Positions 21,101 to 29,087 of a stretch of 64,000 nucleotides of DNA are shown piece after piece. Every line of letters starts with the position of its first letter. The first letter of the stretch is position 1. Source of the DNA: Sedimentisphaeraceae bacterium JB056. Lineage in GTDB: Bacteria; Planctomycetota; Phycisphaerae; Sedimentisphaerales; Sedimentisphaeraceae. Position numbers and translations under genes: made by a program. The notes under the pieces are model-generated. The model ran no database searches. It was not told the DNA's origin and worked only from the letters and a program-made list of their open reading frames with translations. The DNA lies in assembly GCA_044440125.1 (NCBI GenBank), contig JBITAJ010000028.1:32001-96000 (forward strand), written 5' to 3'.

Positions 21101-21914
21101 AATTGTTCTCAGTCGGGCTATTTCAGATTTCTCATTTGGACGTATATTATCATTTATATTTTATGATCATTTTAAAATATACAAACAATTAAGGACATTG
21201 TTTACTGATCAGTGGGATCTTTTAGAAAATATCTATCTTATAGCAAATAAAAGTCAGAGTCATTTTGACCATGATGGCAATGCATTCTCAATTCTTATTG
21301 ATAGAAATATTAGTTTCATAGATCGATATTTTGATGATATTGTTTCGAGAAATGAATATTTAAGTGAGTTTGATGAGCATCGCGATTATTCATTTATATG
21401 GCAACGTGATGATTATATTGACGTGATGGATAAAATCTCGACAATTCTCTTAGGGTATTTGCGACAGCAACAATGTTACTGTTTCGGTTTTTTTAAGATA
21501 TTCTTTAACAAGAACAGAAAGGCTCAAACAGATGCTGACTTGATAGAAAAACAAGACTCATTTTTGAAGGAAAAAATTACAAATCAAGCTGCCGATAGTG
21601 AGTTTATGGAAATGCTGTTTTGGGTAATCGCAGAGTTTGATATATCCAGGAGCCTAAAATTTTACAAAGCTTTTTTGGATGTTAATAAGAGAGTTGATGA
21701 TTTCAAGAATTTACCATTTGGCCCCAGAATATCAACCTGGTCAGGAAGTCGCGTGCCTATTTTAGAACAAGAGATAGAATTTTATCAAGCAGTAGCAGCG
21801 TTGTGTGCTTCTGTAGTTTTTTTGGCACATAGGCAATTTATAGAGGATAGTATATGTTGTCTGAGAAAAGGAATTCAAGATTCAAAGAAACGAGATTTTA
21901 TTGAGGAGATTTGA
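18138..21914 (+). CDS. Large STAND NTPase with N-terminal restriction-endonuclease-like domain and C-terminal helical repeat region (Avs-like candidate defence protein)
   Basis: N-terminal GGAFQKL...GTPDT...FAEHT (Mrr/PD-ExK-like); Walker A GKAGVGKS; Walker B LIFVDDAN; VTVR sensor; SQGNARLA; AT-richer than neighbours. Confidence 0.7.
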   Translation: MTKINQIQNAIRELDGGAFQKLADEYLQKIGYRPINPIGSVVGSNKVRKGTPDTLIPLPNGKYIFAEHTTIAQNQVCGKFTEDIDKCFDESKTGVPVSKIERIVLCYTSQLSSGEIESLQKKCREAGVNLNHYGLSSISYDLLQKYPGVAKDNLGVEVDTGQIVDLDRFISLYEKNKLTTTLETAFHFRDKEINDLLLSLENNDITIISGKAGVGKSRIAVECFRQFLDENDTYKAYCIFNQNVEFYEDIRSYFSDSGNFLIFVDDANRVSGFQYIVQRLQVKRDDQNFKVLVTVRDYALENVKQICKPFGEYQEVCLNAFTEQEIKTLVQDEFEITNHLYLERIADISQGNARLAVMAALVAKEHDTLEAIRDASALYDKYYSSIKTDLEALKDEDILKVAGIVAFFRNIDNTNTEFMQLIERLFGIPCDAFWSKVKKLHDMEILDMYENEVVKVSDQVLATYILYLVFFKDEILDLSIIIEELFPKFKQHIVETINPIINNFNFDEIKTDLHSAIDKVWDKIKIRDKNVFRQLVNMLGPLLKPDETLSLIQEDIKSMDFEDVDIDKVEFTTKSNSSLPEFLSVLPSFINSKTYTGISIDLLLCYVKKRPKDTSIILHCLTDSYGFNLYSYRLGYYVQFEVVNRLFRRSDSGQNEYFSRLFIALSENYLHTHFTSFTERKGAGNICQFLLPVSDELCDLRKRIWNNLFNIYQIEYMQKYILDLLFGHSDFHHHSMPGNIESAKDIIKADAQIVLAFFKKEFDVNDLYQCMIVQKYLKMLKRLGLSYDKEIETSFTSATYYLYNLFTNKMDKAELKLNHKDFEEYRKKKISKLTRSFSLVDYQSLIAEISEIMKVSNGHASWEIERGISYIFDDLAEKDPSLYVEVVKSCLISDKQLRFDAWRVVPNLFKFCGVSETFEILSNVNRSDKEMWLFNYYVYLPEDSISPIHFKELSDLYSTAKVECMTNGFDFLLKYEEVEKGYILSILKIVLSRAISDFSFGRILSFIFYDHFKIYKQLRTLFTDQWDLLENIYLIANKSQSHFDHDGNAFSILIDRNISFIDRYFDDIVSRNEYLSEFDEHRDYSFIWQRDDYIDVMDKISTILLGYLRQQQCYCFGFFKIFFNKNRKAQTDADLIEKQDSFLKEKITNQAADSEFMEMLFWVIAEFDISRSLKFYKAFLDVNKRVDDFKNLPFGPRISTWSGSRVPILEQEIEFYQAVAALCASVVFLAHRQFIEDSICCLRKGIQDSKKRDFIEEI

Positions 21915-21959
21915 TAATCTGATTATAGTAAGGTAAATAGGGGATAGTTGGACTTTTTT

Positions 21960-21994
21960 AAAAGCCTGCCACCGATTTCCGGTGGCAGGCTTTT
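21960..21994. terminator. Bidirectional intrinsic terminator between the STAND gene and fucose isomerase
   Basis: AAAAGCCTGCCACCG-ATTTC-CGGTGGCAGGCTTTT perfect inverted repeat between convergent genes. Confidence 0.85.
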
Positions 21995-22025
21995 GTTAAA
22001 GATATTTAGAGACCTTTTCAATCAA

Positions 22026-23738
22026 TTATACAAGGCTTTTGTAGTTAGCAGCACCACCTGCAAGCAAATGCACAAGCGGTTCAGGTCGATCAACGCCCTC
22101 AATAAAGGAAGGTCTTGCTGCCCAAGGAGCAACATTTTGAACGCCTGTCAGGTCCATCCAGTATTGCAGTCTTGCGACCGGGAGATCGCGAACCATATGG
22201 AAATGGTTAGCAGGAGTATACTGCTTGTATTCTGTCATAGTCGCATACTTCGGTACCAGGAATGTGTGCGGCCAGTTCCAATTTGTAAGGTTAGTCATTG
22301 CCTCTGAAAGTTTAGCCGGTACTTCAACACTCTCGGCCTCATCCCAGATCATGCTGAACTTGTTGTTCAGGCTGCAGTATGCCATTCTCGCGGCAATACC
22401 CTTGATACCCGCCGGTGACATAAAAGTAACCGAATTACCGCCGCCGGGGAAGTAACCGTCATCTGCGATAGGCATTGAAACCCTCTCAAGTATCTTCTCT
22501 GCAGACCAGTCAGGCATACCTGCCCAGTCGAGCGAAGCACTGCCTGAGTTGTTACCGTCAACAAGTCCTTTGGCAGCCCATTCCTGATCAGTCGGCAATT
22601 CAACACCAATCTCATCAGCAAGCCTTTTGATCTCCCAGCCTTCCCAAACCTTGCGGAAATCCATAAACAACGGAGCACCGCCGCCTGTGAGATAACTCAT
22701 ATACAGCATTGTCAGAAGTGCCTGGCAATCAGCCTCTGTTGCAAACGGGATAGCCTTCTTAGGTCCGTTATGATCAAATGTACTGTTAAATAGCGTTTCC
22801 ATAACATCAGCTACCGGAAGCGGCAGACCTCTGGGGTCGCTGCCCCATTCAAGCTGACTCATAAATCCGCCGCCAATCGCATTGAGATCGGCAAGTATAT
22901 CACGACAGATAAGGTAAAGAGCCAACGACTGATCGAAACGTTTGCTTTCTTCCTCGTTGCGTACTTCGAGCCTGTCGCCGATATTGGTATCGACCCATGC
23001 CCTGAGCTTCTTCAGTTCTTCCTTATCGTAAGATTCTTTCGCAAGCATATCAGAAAGAAGCTTCATATCCAGTCTTGTTACTTCAAGACCGAAAGTATTT
23101 CTTGTAGGGATGATATGCGCCAAAGCTGTTTCCATACCCATTGAGTCGTGACCGAATATAACTACCCTGCGACCCTTTGTGGCGACCTTTGTAACTGCCG
23201 CATAGCACCAGTCGATAAGATCATTGAGTGTCTTTTCACTCATTTCAGGATTCAGACCTGTATCAGGCCAGTTACCAACGTTAAGTGTTGTCATCCTGCC
23301 GTACTGAGCAAAAGCACCATTGAGAGCATGAGCGTAAACAACACCGGGCTTTGGTCCACTGTTACCGCAAGTTATGTTGATTGGAGTATCATCAGGGAAC
23401 TGCTGAAGGAATGAAATACCGGTAAGCTGCGGGAACGCCCATGTATCAGGACACGCGATCAGAATATCAACGCCTGCTTCCCTGAACATAGCTGCAACAA
23501 TATCAGCCTGCTTCTCTGAATCGATGAGAATATCGGAATAGACTACATCTACAGCCTCATTCCCAGGCAGCATTATCTTGCCGCTGACAGAATCGGCGAC
23601 ATGCTTAACAATATTCTGAGTTCTCACCCTGCTGTCGTTATCAATACGAGGATCGCAAGGAGCGAACACACCGATAACAGGCTTCTTAGGCCCAATACCG
23701 CAAGCGGCTTCAAGTTTTTTTGCAGTTGTATCTGCCAT
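22026..23738 (-). CDS. L-fucose/D-arabinose isomerase family protein
   Basis: RPGAVY-like KPGVVY, SMGM, ATEAD, FMDFR, NSGS, WPHT and ANHFH motifs as in FucI. Confidence 0.8.
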   Translation of the reverse strand: MADTTAKKLEAACGIGPKKPVIGVFAPCDPRIDNDSRVRTQNIVKHVADSVSGKIMLPGNEAVDVVYSDILIDSEKQADIVAAMFREAGVDILIACPDTWAFPQLTGISFLQQFPDDTPINITCGNSGPKPGVVYAHALNGAFAQYGRMTTLNVGNWPDTGLNPEMSEKTLNDLIDWCYAAVTKVATKGRRVVIFGHDSMGMETALAHIIPTRNTFGLEVTRLDMKLLSDMLAKESYDKEELKKLRAWVDTNIGDRLEVRNEEESKRFDQSLALYLICRDILADLNAIGGGFMSQLEWGSDPRGLPLPVADVMETLFNSTFDHNGPKKAIPFATEADCQALLTMLYMSYLTGGGAPLFMDFRKVWEGWEIKRLADEIGVELPTDQEWAAKGLVDGNNSGSASLDWAGMPDWSAEKILERVSMPIADDGYFPGGGNSVTFMSPAGIKGIAARMAYCSLNNKFSMIWDEAESVEVPAKLSEAMTNLTNWNWPHTFLVPKYATMTEYKQYTPANHFHMVRDLPVARLQYWMDLTGVQNVAPWAARPSFIEGVDRPEPLVHLLAGGAANYKSLV

Positions 23739-24281
23739 AACATCTCTCCAAAATTAAATATGCAGAATTTTTAATAATAAGCGATTTTTAATGATACGCA
23801 CGACAAAAGTTGAAGAACGACAGGTTCACTATCGATGCCTGATTAAAATCGCAGATTTTATCAGCAACGATAGACTTTTGTCTGTATCGCTAACAATAAT
23901 ACTGCATTTTATCCTTAACAACCCACTAATTCAATGCATTATCCATATTTTTAACTGGACAAATCATACATAGAGCAAAAGAAACAAACTACCGCATGCT
24001 AATATCGAAATAATCGAGAATCGCAACTATGCTATTATTGTTTACACCATCATCGCAATCCACCTAACGAAACAAAAGCATTGATCCTCGCCTCAATTGA
24101 CAACCATCTCTAAATTAACAATAAATTGTCATGTTTGCGATACTGATATTATTATAAACTGCTGGAAAATGTTGATTATTTTTGTATAATATTTTGCTCG
24201 TGTATGCATTTTCGTGCTTAAGATTTTAGTTTAATCTATGGCTTTTTAATCAGCCGCATTGGAATTATTTAGGGGTTTATT

Positions 24282-25148
24282 TTGGCACATAAGATAACAG
24301 ATATGAAACAACTGTCTGAAAACGTCTTTCAGATGGATGTAGAGGCAAAATTCATCGCTGAGGCTCGCAAGCCCGGACAGTTTGTTCTGATTTGCAAAAA
24401 CAGCGAATACAGCGAAAGAATACCGCTTACAATAGCCGGTGTTGACAAGGATAATGGAACAATAAGGCTCGTCTTCCAACGTATTGGTAAGACTACCGCC
24501 GAGCTTGCCGACATGAAAGTCGGCGACAACATCGATGACATCGCAGGCCCGCTCGGAACGCCTACGCACATCGAAAAAGTCGGCACTGTTGTCTGCGTTG
24601 GCGGCGGAATCGGAAACGCTCCGCTGCTTCCTATCGCAAGGGCAATGAAAGAAGCCGGCAACAAGGTGATCAGTATTCTCGGCGCAAGAAGCAAAGACAT
24701 CCTGATACTTGAAGATGAGTTTGCCGCAATAAGTGATGAGATGATAATCGTAACCGACGACGGCTCTTACGGCCGTAAAGCACTTGTAACCGAGCCGCTC
24801 AAGGAATTGTGCGAGCGTGAGGACAAGCCGGATATGTGCGTTGTTATCGGACCTACGATAATGATGAAGTTTTGCTGCATGACAACCAAGCAGTACGAAG
24901 TGCCCACAGAGGTATCTCTCAATACAATAATGATCGATGGTACAGGAATGTGCGGAGGCTGCCGTGTAGAGGTCGGCGGCGAAGTCAAATTCACCTGTGT
25001 TGACGGCCCTGAATTCGATGGCCACAAAGTCAACTTCGACCAGTTGATCAACCGTATGAAAGCCTACACAAATCACGAGAAAAAAGCTCTGGAAAATTAC
25101 CAAGAGCATAAATGCAGGCTTGATGAAAAGCTTGCTTCTTCAAAATAA
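24282..25148 (+). CDS. NfnA/SudB-like ferredoxin-NADP reductase small subunit (FAD, 2Fe-2S)
   Basis: PGQFV, ERIPLTI, GGGIG, TDDGSYG and DGTGMCGGCRV...CVDGPEF motifs; TTG start. Confidence 0.9.
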   Translation: MAHKITDMKQLSENVFQMDVEAKFIAEARKPGQFVLICKNSEYSERIPLTIAGVDKDNGTIRLVFQRIGKTTAELADMKVGDNIDDIAGPLGTPTHIEKVGTVVCVGGGIGNAPLLPIARAMKEAGNKVISILGARSKDILILEDEFAAISDEMIIVTDDGSYGRKALVTEPLKELCEREDKPDMCVVIGPTIMMKFCCMTTKQYEVPTEVSLNTIMIDGTGMCGGCRVEVGGEVKFTCVDGPEFDGHKVNFDQLINRMKAYTNHEKKALENYQEHKCRLDEKLASSK

Positions 25149-25249
25149 GAAATATCAGTCCGTAGTTCACGGCAAGTGGAAAGCAACTCACCGATACTAA
25201 TCGCTGATTATTGAATCTCTACGAACTGTAAACTACGGACTTTTTAATT

Positions 25250-25972
25250 ATGGAAGGATATATTCATTCAATAGAAACTTTCGCCACGCTCGATGGACCG
25301 GGAACAAGATTCGTCGTGTTCCTTCAGGGTTGCGGGCTAAGATGTTTGTATTGCCACAACCCAGATACATGGGATATCAAAGTCGGCCAGAAAATATCCG
25401 CTGAACAAATATATAAAAAGCTGCTTCGCTACAAACCATATTACGGTGAAAAAGGCGGCATAACACTATCCGGCGGCGAGCCTCTCCTGCAAGTAGAGTT
25501 TTCAACCGAGCTTTTCACCCTGTGCCGTAAGAACAATATAAATACCGCACTCGATACCGCCGGCAGCAGATTTGATGAAAAAGTCAAAGAGCTGCTCGAG
25601 GAAACATCGCTCGTGCTTCTGGATATAAAACATTGCAATCCTGAAAAATTCACACAGATTACAGGCCGCGATATTAACAAGACGATGGAATTCCTTGATT
25701 ACATCACCAAAACCGGTAAAAAATTCTGGGTACGACAGGTGATAATACCGGGAATCAACGATAACGAAGAAGACATAGAACTGCTCGCCGACACACTTGA
25801 AAGCCGGGATGGACTCGAAAGAGTTGAGCTTCTTGGATATCATACTCTTGGCGTTGAAAAATGGGAAAAACTCAATCTACAATATGAGCTTTCCAATACT
25901 CCTAAAATGGATGAGCAAAAGCTGAAACACCTTTCGGATATCCTCGAAAAACGCGGTTTACCTGCACAATAA
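25250..25972 (+). CDS. pflA: Pyruvate formate-lyase activating enzyme (glycyl-radical activase, radical SAM)
   Basis: DGPGTRFVVFLQGCGLRCLYCHNPDTW, GGITLSGGEP and YHTLG..KW motifs. Confidence 0.9.
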   Translation: MEGYIHSIETFATLDGPGTRFVVFLQGCGLRCLYCHNPDTWDIKVGQKISAEQIYKKLLRYKPYYGEKGGITLSGGEPLLQVEFSTELFTLCRKNNINTALDTAGSRFDEKVKELLEETSLVLLDIKHCNPEKFTQITGRDINKTMEFLDYITKTGKKFWVRQVIIPGINDNEEDIELLADTLESRDGLERVELLGYHTLGVEKWEKLNLQYELSNTPKMDEQKLKHLSDILEKRGLPAQ

Positions 25973-26196
25973 ACGACACTCAAAGCCTCGGCAAGGCTCG
26001 ACTTGAGACATTTTTTCTTGATTTACAAGCACTTTTTGCATACAATAAGCGTATACATTGGTAGAGAAGTAAAAAGCAAATCATTCAGCAAAGACGTATA
26101 GGTCCTTAGATCTTGAGTTGCGCTTCATTTTAAATGTAATGTCGGCGTAGACATTACGAGGGAACTAAATTAATCTAAATTTAGAGGAGATTTATC

Positions 26197-26418
26197 ATGA
26201 AGGCTCTTGATGTATTCGTATGGGCAGTCCTTATAATTGGAGGACTGAACTGGGGACTCGTGGGCATCTTTGATGTCAATCTCGTTGAAGCCATCTTTGG
26301 AGGCGCAAGCCGGCTTGTTTACAGCTTGGTAGGTTTAGCAGCGTTGTACGACCTGTTAGGTGTAAAAGCAATAACCAAAAGGTGGGACATTCACATGCAT
26401 AGTACTTCACATGCATAA
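26197..26418 (+). CDS. DUF378 family small membrane protein
   Basis: LIIGGLNWGLVGIF..NLV..IFG...R.VY.LVG.AA signature; strong AGAGGAG RBS. Confidence 0.85.
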   Translation: MKALDVFVWAVLIIGGLNWGLVGIFDVNLVEAIFGGASRLVYSLVGLAALYDLLGVKAITKRWDIHMHSTSHA

Positions 26419-26513
26419 TTAAGGATGCTTAGAAAGAAAGCCTCAGCTCGAAAACAGCTTTAAAGAGGTTACTCGATTTTATCGGGTAAAAAAATAAACT
26501 TTCATTTTTCAGA

Positions 26514-26688
26514 GCAACCCGAAACAGATATATCTACAACACGGCTCTATTAAATAGTCACGTTTTTGGAGTACCGGCTTCCCCTTCTGTACCGGTACTA
26601 AGTTAACCGAAAACCTATTTGATGGGGATAATTTTAGAAAAGCGTTTTTACGCTTGGTAGAGATTGTTTCGGGTTGCCTGCTTTTTTT
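26514..26688. ncRNA. Candidate structured ncRNA or miniature inverted-repeat element
   Basis: 13-bp perfect inverted repeat GCAACCCGAAACA (26514-26526) / TGTTTCGGGTTGC (26665-26677) enclosing internal hairpins and followed by a T7 tract. Confidence 0.35.
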
Positions 26689-26880
26689 CCTGCAGAACAT
26701 TTCCAATATATATCGCATACCTGCGACACCAAAGTAATATCTAAAACATTTTTTCTCGTAAATCAGGGGCTTTTTCTGTATAATAACCCCAAATTATTGA
26801 CTTATGTAAAAAAACCGGTATCTTTTTAGGCACCGGTATTTGTTGTTAAATGAATTTAAGTTACTTGGAAACAGGTATTT

Positions 26881-27723
26881 ATGGCTGAAAAATTAAAATC
26901 AGGATGGGATGGTTTCTCTCTTGAACCACGTAAGGAAATGCCCGAAGGCGTATGGATGCAGTGCCCAGGATGCAAAGGCACTTTGTTCAAAAAGGCTGTC
27001 GAAGCGAATCTTAACGTGTGTCCTGACTGCAATCATCACTTTAGAATAGACGCCCAAACTCGAATATCACAAATAGTTGATGAAGGTTCTTTTGAAGAGA
27101 TGTGTCAGGAGTTAGTAAGCTCTGACCCTCTTGATTTCAAGTTTCGCGGAACAACTTACAAGGACCGAATTGCAATTGACATGAAGAAAAGCGGCTCTAA
27201 CGAAGCTATGAAGGTTGGGAAAGCGTTCATTAAAGGTCGAGGCGTTGTTCTCGGCGTCATGGACCCCAGCTTCCTGATGGGTTCAATGGGTGAAGTTGTT
27301 GGTGAAAAGTTCTGCAAAGCAGTTGATCGAGCAATAGAAGAAAAGCTGCCCTTTATAATGATAACATGCAGTGGCGGTGCAAGAATGCACGAAGGTGTTA
27401 TATCGGTACAGCAGATGGCTAAGACCAGTGCTGCCCTGGCAAAGCTGGATGATTCCGAAGGTCTTTTCATACCAGTACTTACCGACCCGACAACAGGCGG
27501 TGTTAGTGCAAGTTTTGCGATGCTTGGCGACATCATAATCGCCGAACCGCAAGCTCTGATCGGTTTTGCCGGTCCTCGAGTTATAAAGCAGACAATAAAC
27601 GTCGATCTTCCTGAAGGTTTCCAGACAAGCGAATTTTTGCTCGACCATGGATTTGTTGATATGATAATCAGCAGAAAAGACCTTCGTAACGAAATCGGCC
27701 GTCTGATTGACTACATGGGATAA
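26881..27723 (+). CDS. accD: Acetyl-CoA carboxylase carboxyltransferase beta subunit
   Basis: CPGC...CPDC zinc ribbon, GSMG.VVGEK, SGGARMHEG, PTTGGVSASFAM and GFAGPRVI motifs. Confidence 0.95.
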   Translation: MAEKLKSGWDGFSLEPRKEMPEGVWMQCPGCKGTLFKKAVEANLNVCPDCNHHFRIDAQTRISQIVDEGSFEEMCQELVSSDPLDFKFRGTTYKDRIAIDMKKSGSNEAMKVGKAFIKGRGVVLGVMDPSFLMGSMGEVVGEKFCKAVDRAIEEKLPFIMITCSGGARMHEGVISVQQMAKTSAALAKLDDSEGLFIPVLTDPTTGGVSASFAMLGDIIIAEPQALIGFAGPRVIKQTINVDLPEGFQTSEFLLDHGFVDMIISRKDLRNEIGRLIDYMG

Positions 27724-27865
27724 TTATCAATTGATAGTTGATAATGGACAATTGATAATTAACATGGGCACAAAACACAAAAACAGTACCGCGACTATAA
27801 GGGAGCGGGCTGACAACTGACAACTGACAACTGACAACTGATAACTGAAAATTGATAACTGTAAA
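27724..27865 (+). repeat. Heptamer tandem repeats (YTGAYAA) flanking a REP-like palindrome
   Basis: CTGACAA x4 plus 4 degenerate units (27810-27865); 4 degenerate units at 27731-27758; CCGCGACTATAAGGGAGCGG at 27789-27808. Confidence 0.85.
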
Positions 27866-28909
27866 ATGGGCTACTTCAGGGAAAACATCGAAAAACTCGC
27901 CGGCTACGTGCCGGGATTCCAGCCAAGCGGCACTGATGTTGTAAAACTCAACACCAATGAGAATCCATACCCGCCATCACCTATGGTTGCGGAAGTAATC
28001 AAAAATTTCGATCCGGCATCTCTTCGCAGATATCCTTCTCCAACCGGCGCAAAATTTCAGAAGGCCGCCGCAGAGCTCAACAATGTAGAGCCGGGTAATA
28101 TCATCTGCAGCAACGGCGGCGATGATTTACTTACGATAGCCTTCCGCTCATTCTGCGATACAGACAGAGCTGTCGCCTACCCTGTACCCACATATACACT
28201 CTATGACGAACTGGCAGAACTTCAAAACTGCCCGATTATAAAAGTGCCGTTTGAAAGCAACAACCTCTTTGAAAAGCTCGCCGACACAAACGCATCGCTA
28301 ATCATATTCTGTAATCCTAACGCCCCTACCGGCTCTTATGTCGAGCCACAGCAGATAGCATCGCTTGCCAGAAAACTCGAAGGCAAGGCCGTTTTGCTCG
28401 TAGATGAGGCTTACGCTGATTTCGCACCGGATAATTGTGCGCAGCTTATAAAGGAACACGACAACCTGATAATCCTAAGATCGCTGAGCAAGGGATACTC
28501 TCTCGCCGGTCTGCGATTCGGTTACGGCATAGCAAGCAGCTCGCTTATTGAAGGCATGATGAAGCTAAAGGATTCATACAACGTGGATGCTCTCGCAATA
28601 GAGATAGCAACCGCCGCGATAACAGACAGAAGCTATTTCAATAAGAATGTAGAGCTCGTTATCTCGGAGAGAGCAAGAGTTACAGAAGAACTGCGTAAAC
28701 TCGGCTTTGCCGTAAACGACAGTAATACAAACTTTGTCTTCGCACAAATCTCAACCCCCACGGCAGCAGAAGTGTTTGAAAAACTAAAAGCAAAAAACAT
28801 CTTCGTTCGCTACTTCCCGGTAGAAGGCATAGACGACAAGCTAAGAATAACAATCGGAACATCCGCCGAAAACACAAAGCTCCTAACCACCCTTAGAGAA
28901 ATTATCTAA
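27866..28909 (+). CDS. hisC: Histidinol-phosphate aminotransferase
   Basis: KLNTNENPYPPSP, CNPNAPTG, VDEAY, RSLSKGYSLAGLRFG (PLP Lys) and LRITIGT motifs. Confidence 0.92.
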   Translation: MGYFRENIEKLAGYVPGFQPSGTDVVKLNTNENPYPPSPMVAEVIKNFDPASLRRYPSPTGAKFQKAAAELNNVEPGNIICSNGGDDLLTIAFRSFCDTDRAVAYPVPTYTLYDELAELQNCPIIKVPFESNNLFEKLADTNASLIIFCNPNAPTGSYVEPQQIASLARKLEGKAVLLVDEAYADFAPDNCAQLIKEHDNLIILRSLSKGYSLAGLRFGYGIASSSLIEGMMKLKDSYNVDALAIEIATAAITDRSYFNKNVELVISERARVTEELRKLGFAVNDSNTNFVFAQISTPTAAEVFEKLKAKNIFVRYFPVEGIDDKLRITIGTSAENTKLLTTLREII

Positions 28910-29087
28910 TTTTCTTACTGATATAGAGAAATTCCATCAAACACAAAACCGTATCTTTGCGACCTTGCTTCAAAATTCGTGGTTGAAAATTATCCACTAT
29001 CGATTCTTAATTATTAATTGAATCTGCCGTATTTGCCTGTATAATCAATACTATTGAGAATTACAGCATTGATGGAGTAATAGTTAG

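Noticed and set aside
17605..21960. STAND gene as part of a prophage or IS-bounded island
   Set aside because: No integrase, transposase, tRNA or flanking direct repeats were seen
24246..25109. 287-aa minus-strand ORF, and similar long antisense ORFs at 49234-49866, 58930-59616 and 62012-62644
   Set aside because: Each lies almost entirely antisense to well-conserved genes and has no recognisable motifs
26509..26718. 69-aa minus-strand ORF over the structured element
   Set aside because: No RBS or recognisable protein features; the base-pairing pattern explains the region better
27810..27865. Tandem repeats considered as a CRISPR array
   Set aside because: 7-nt contiguous units with no spacers, and no cas genes in the window
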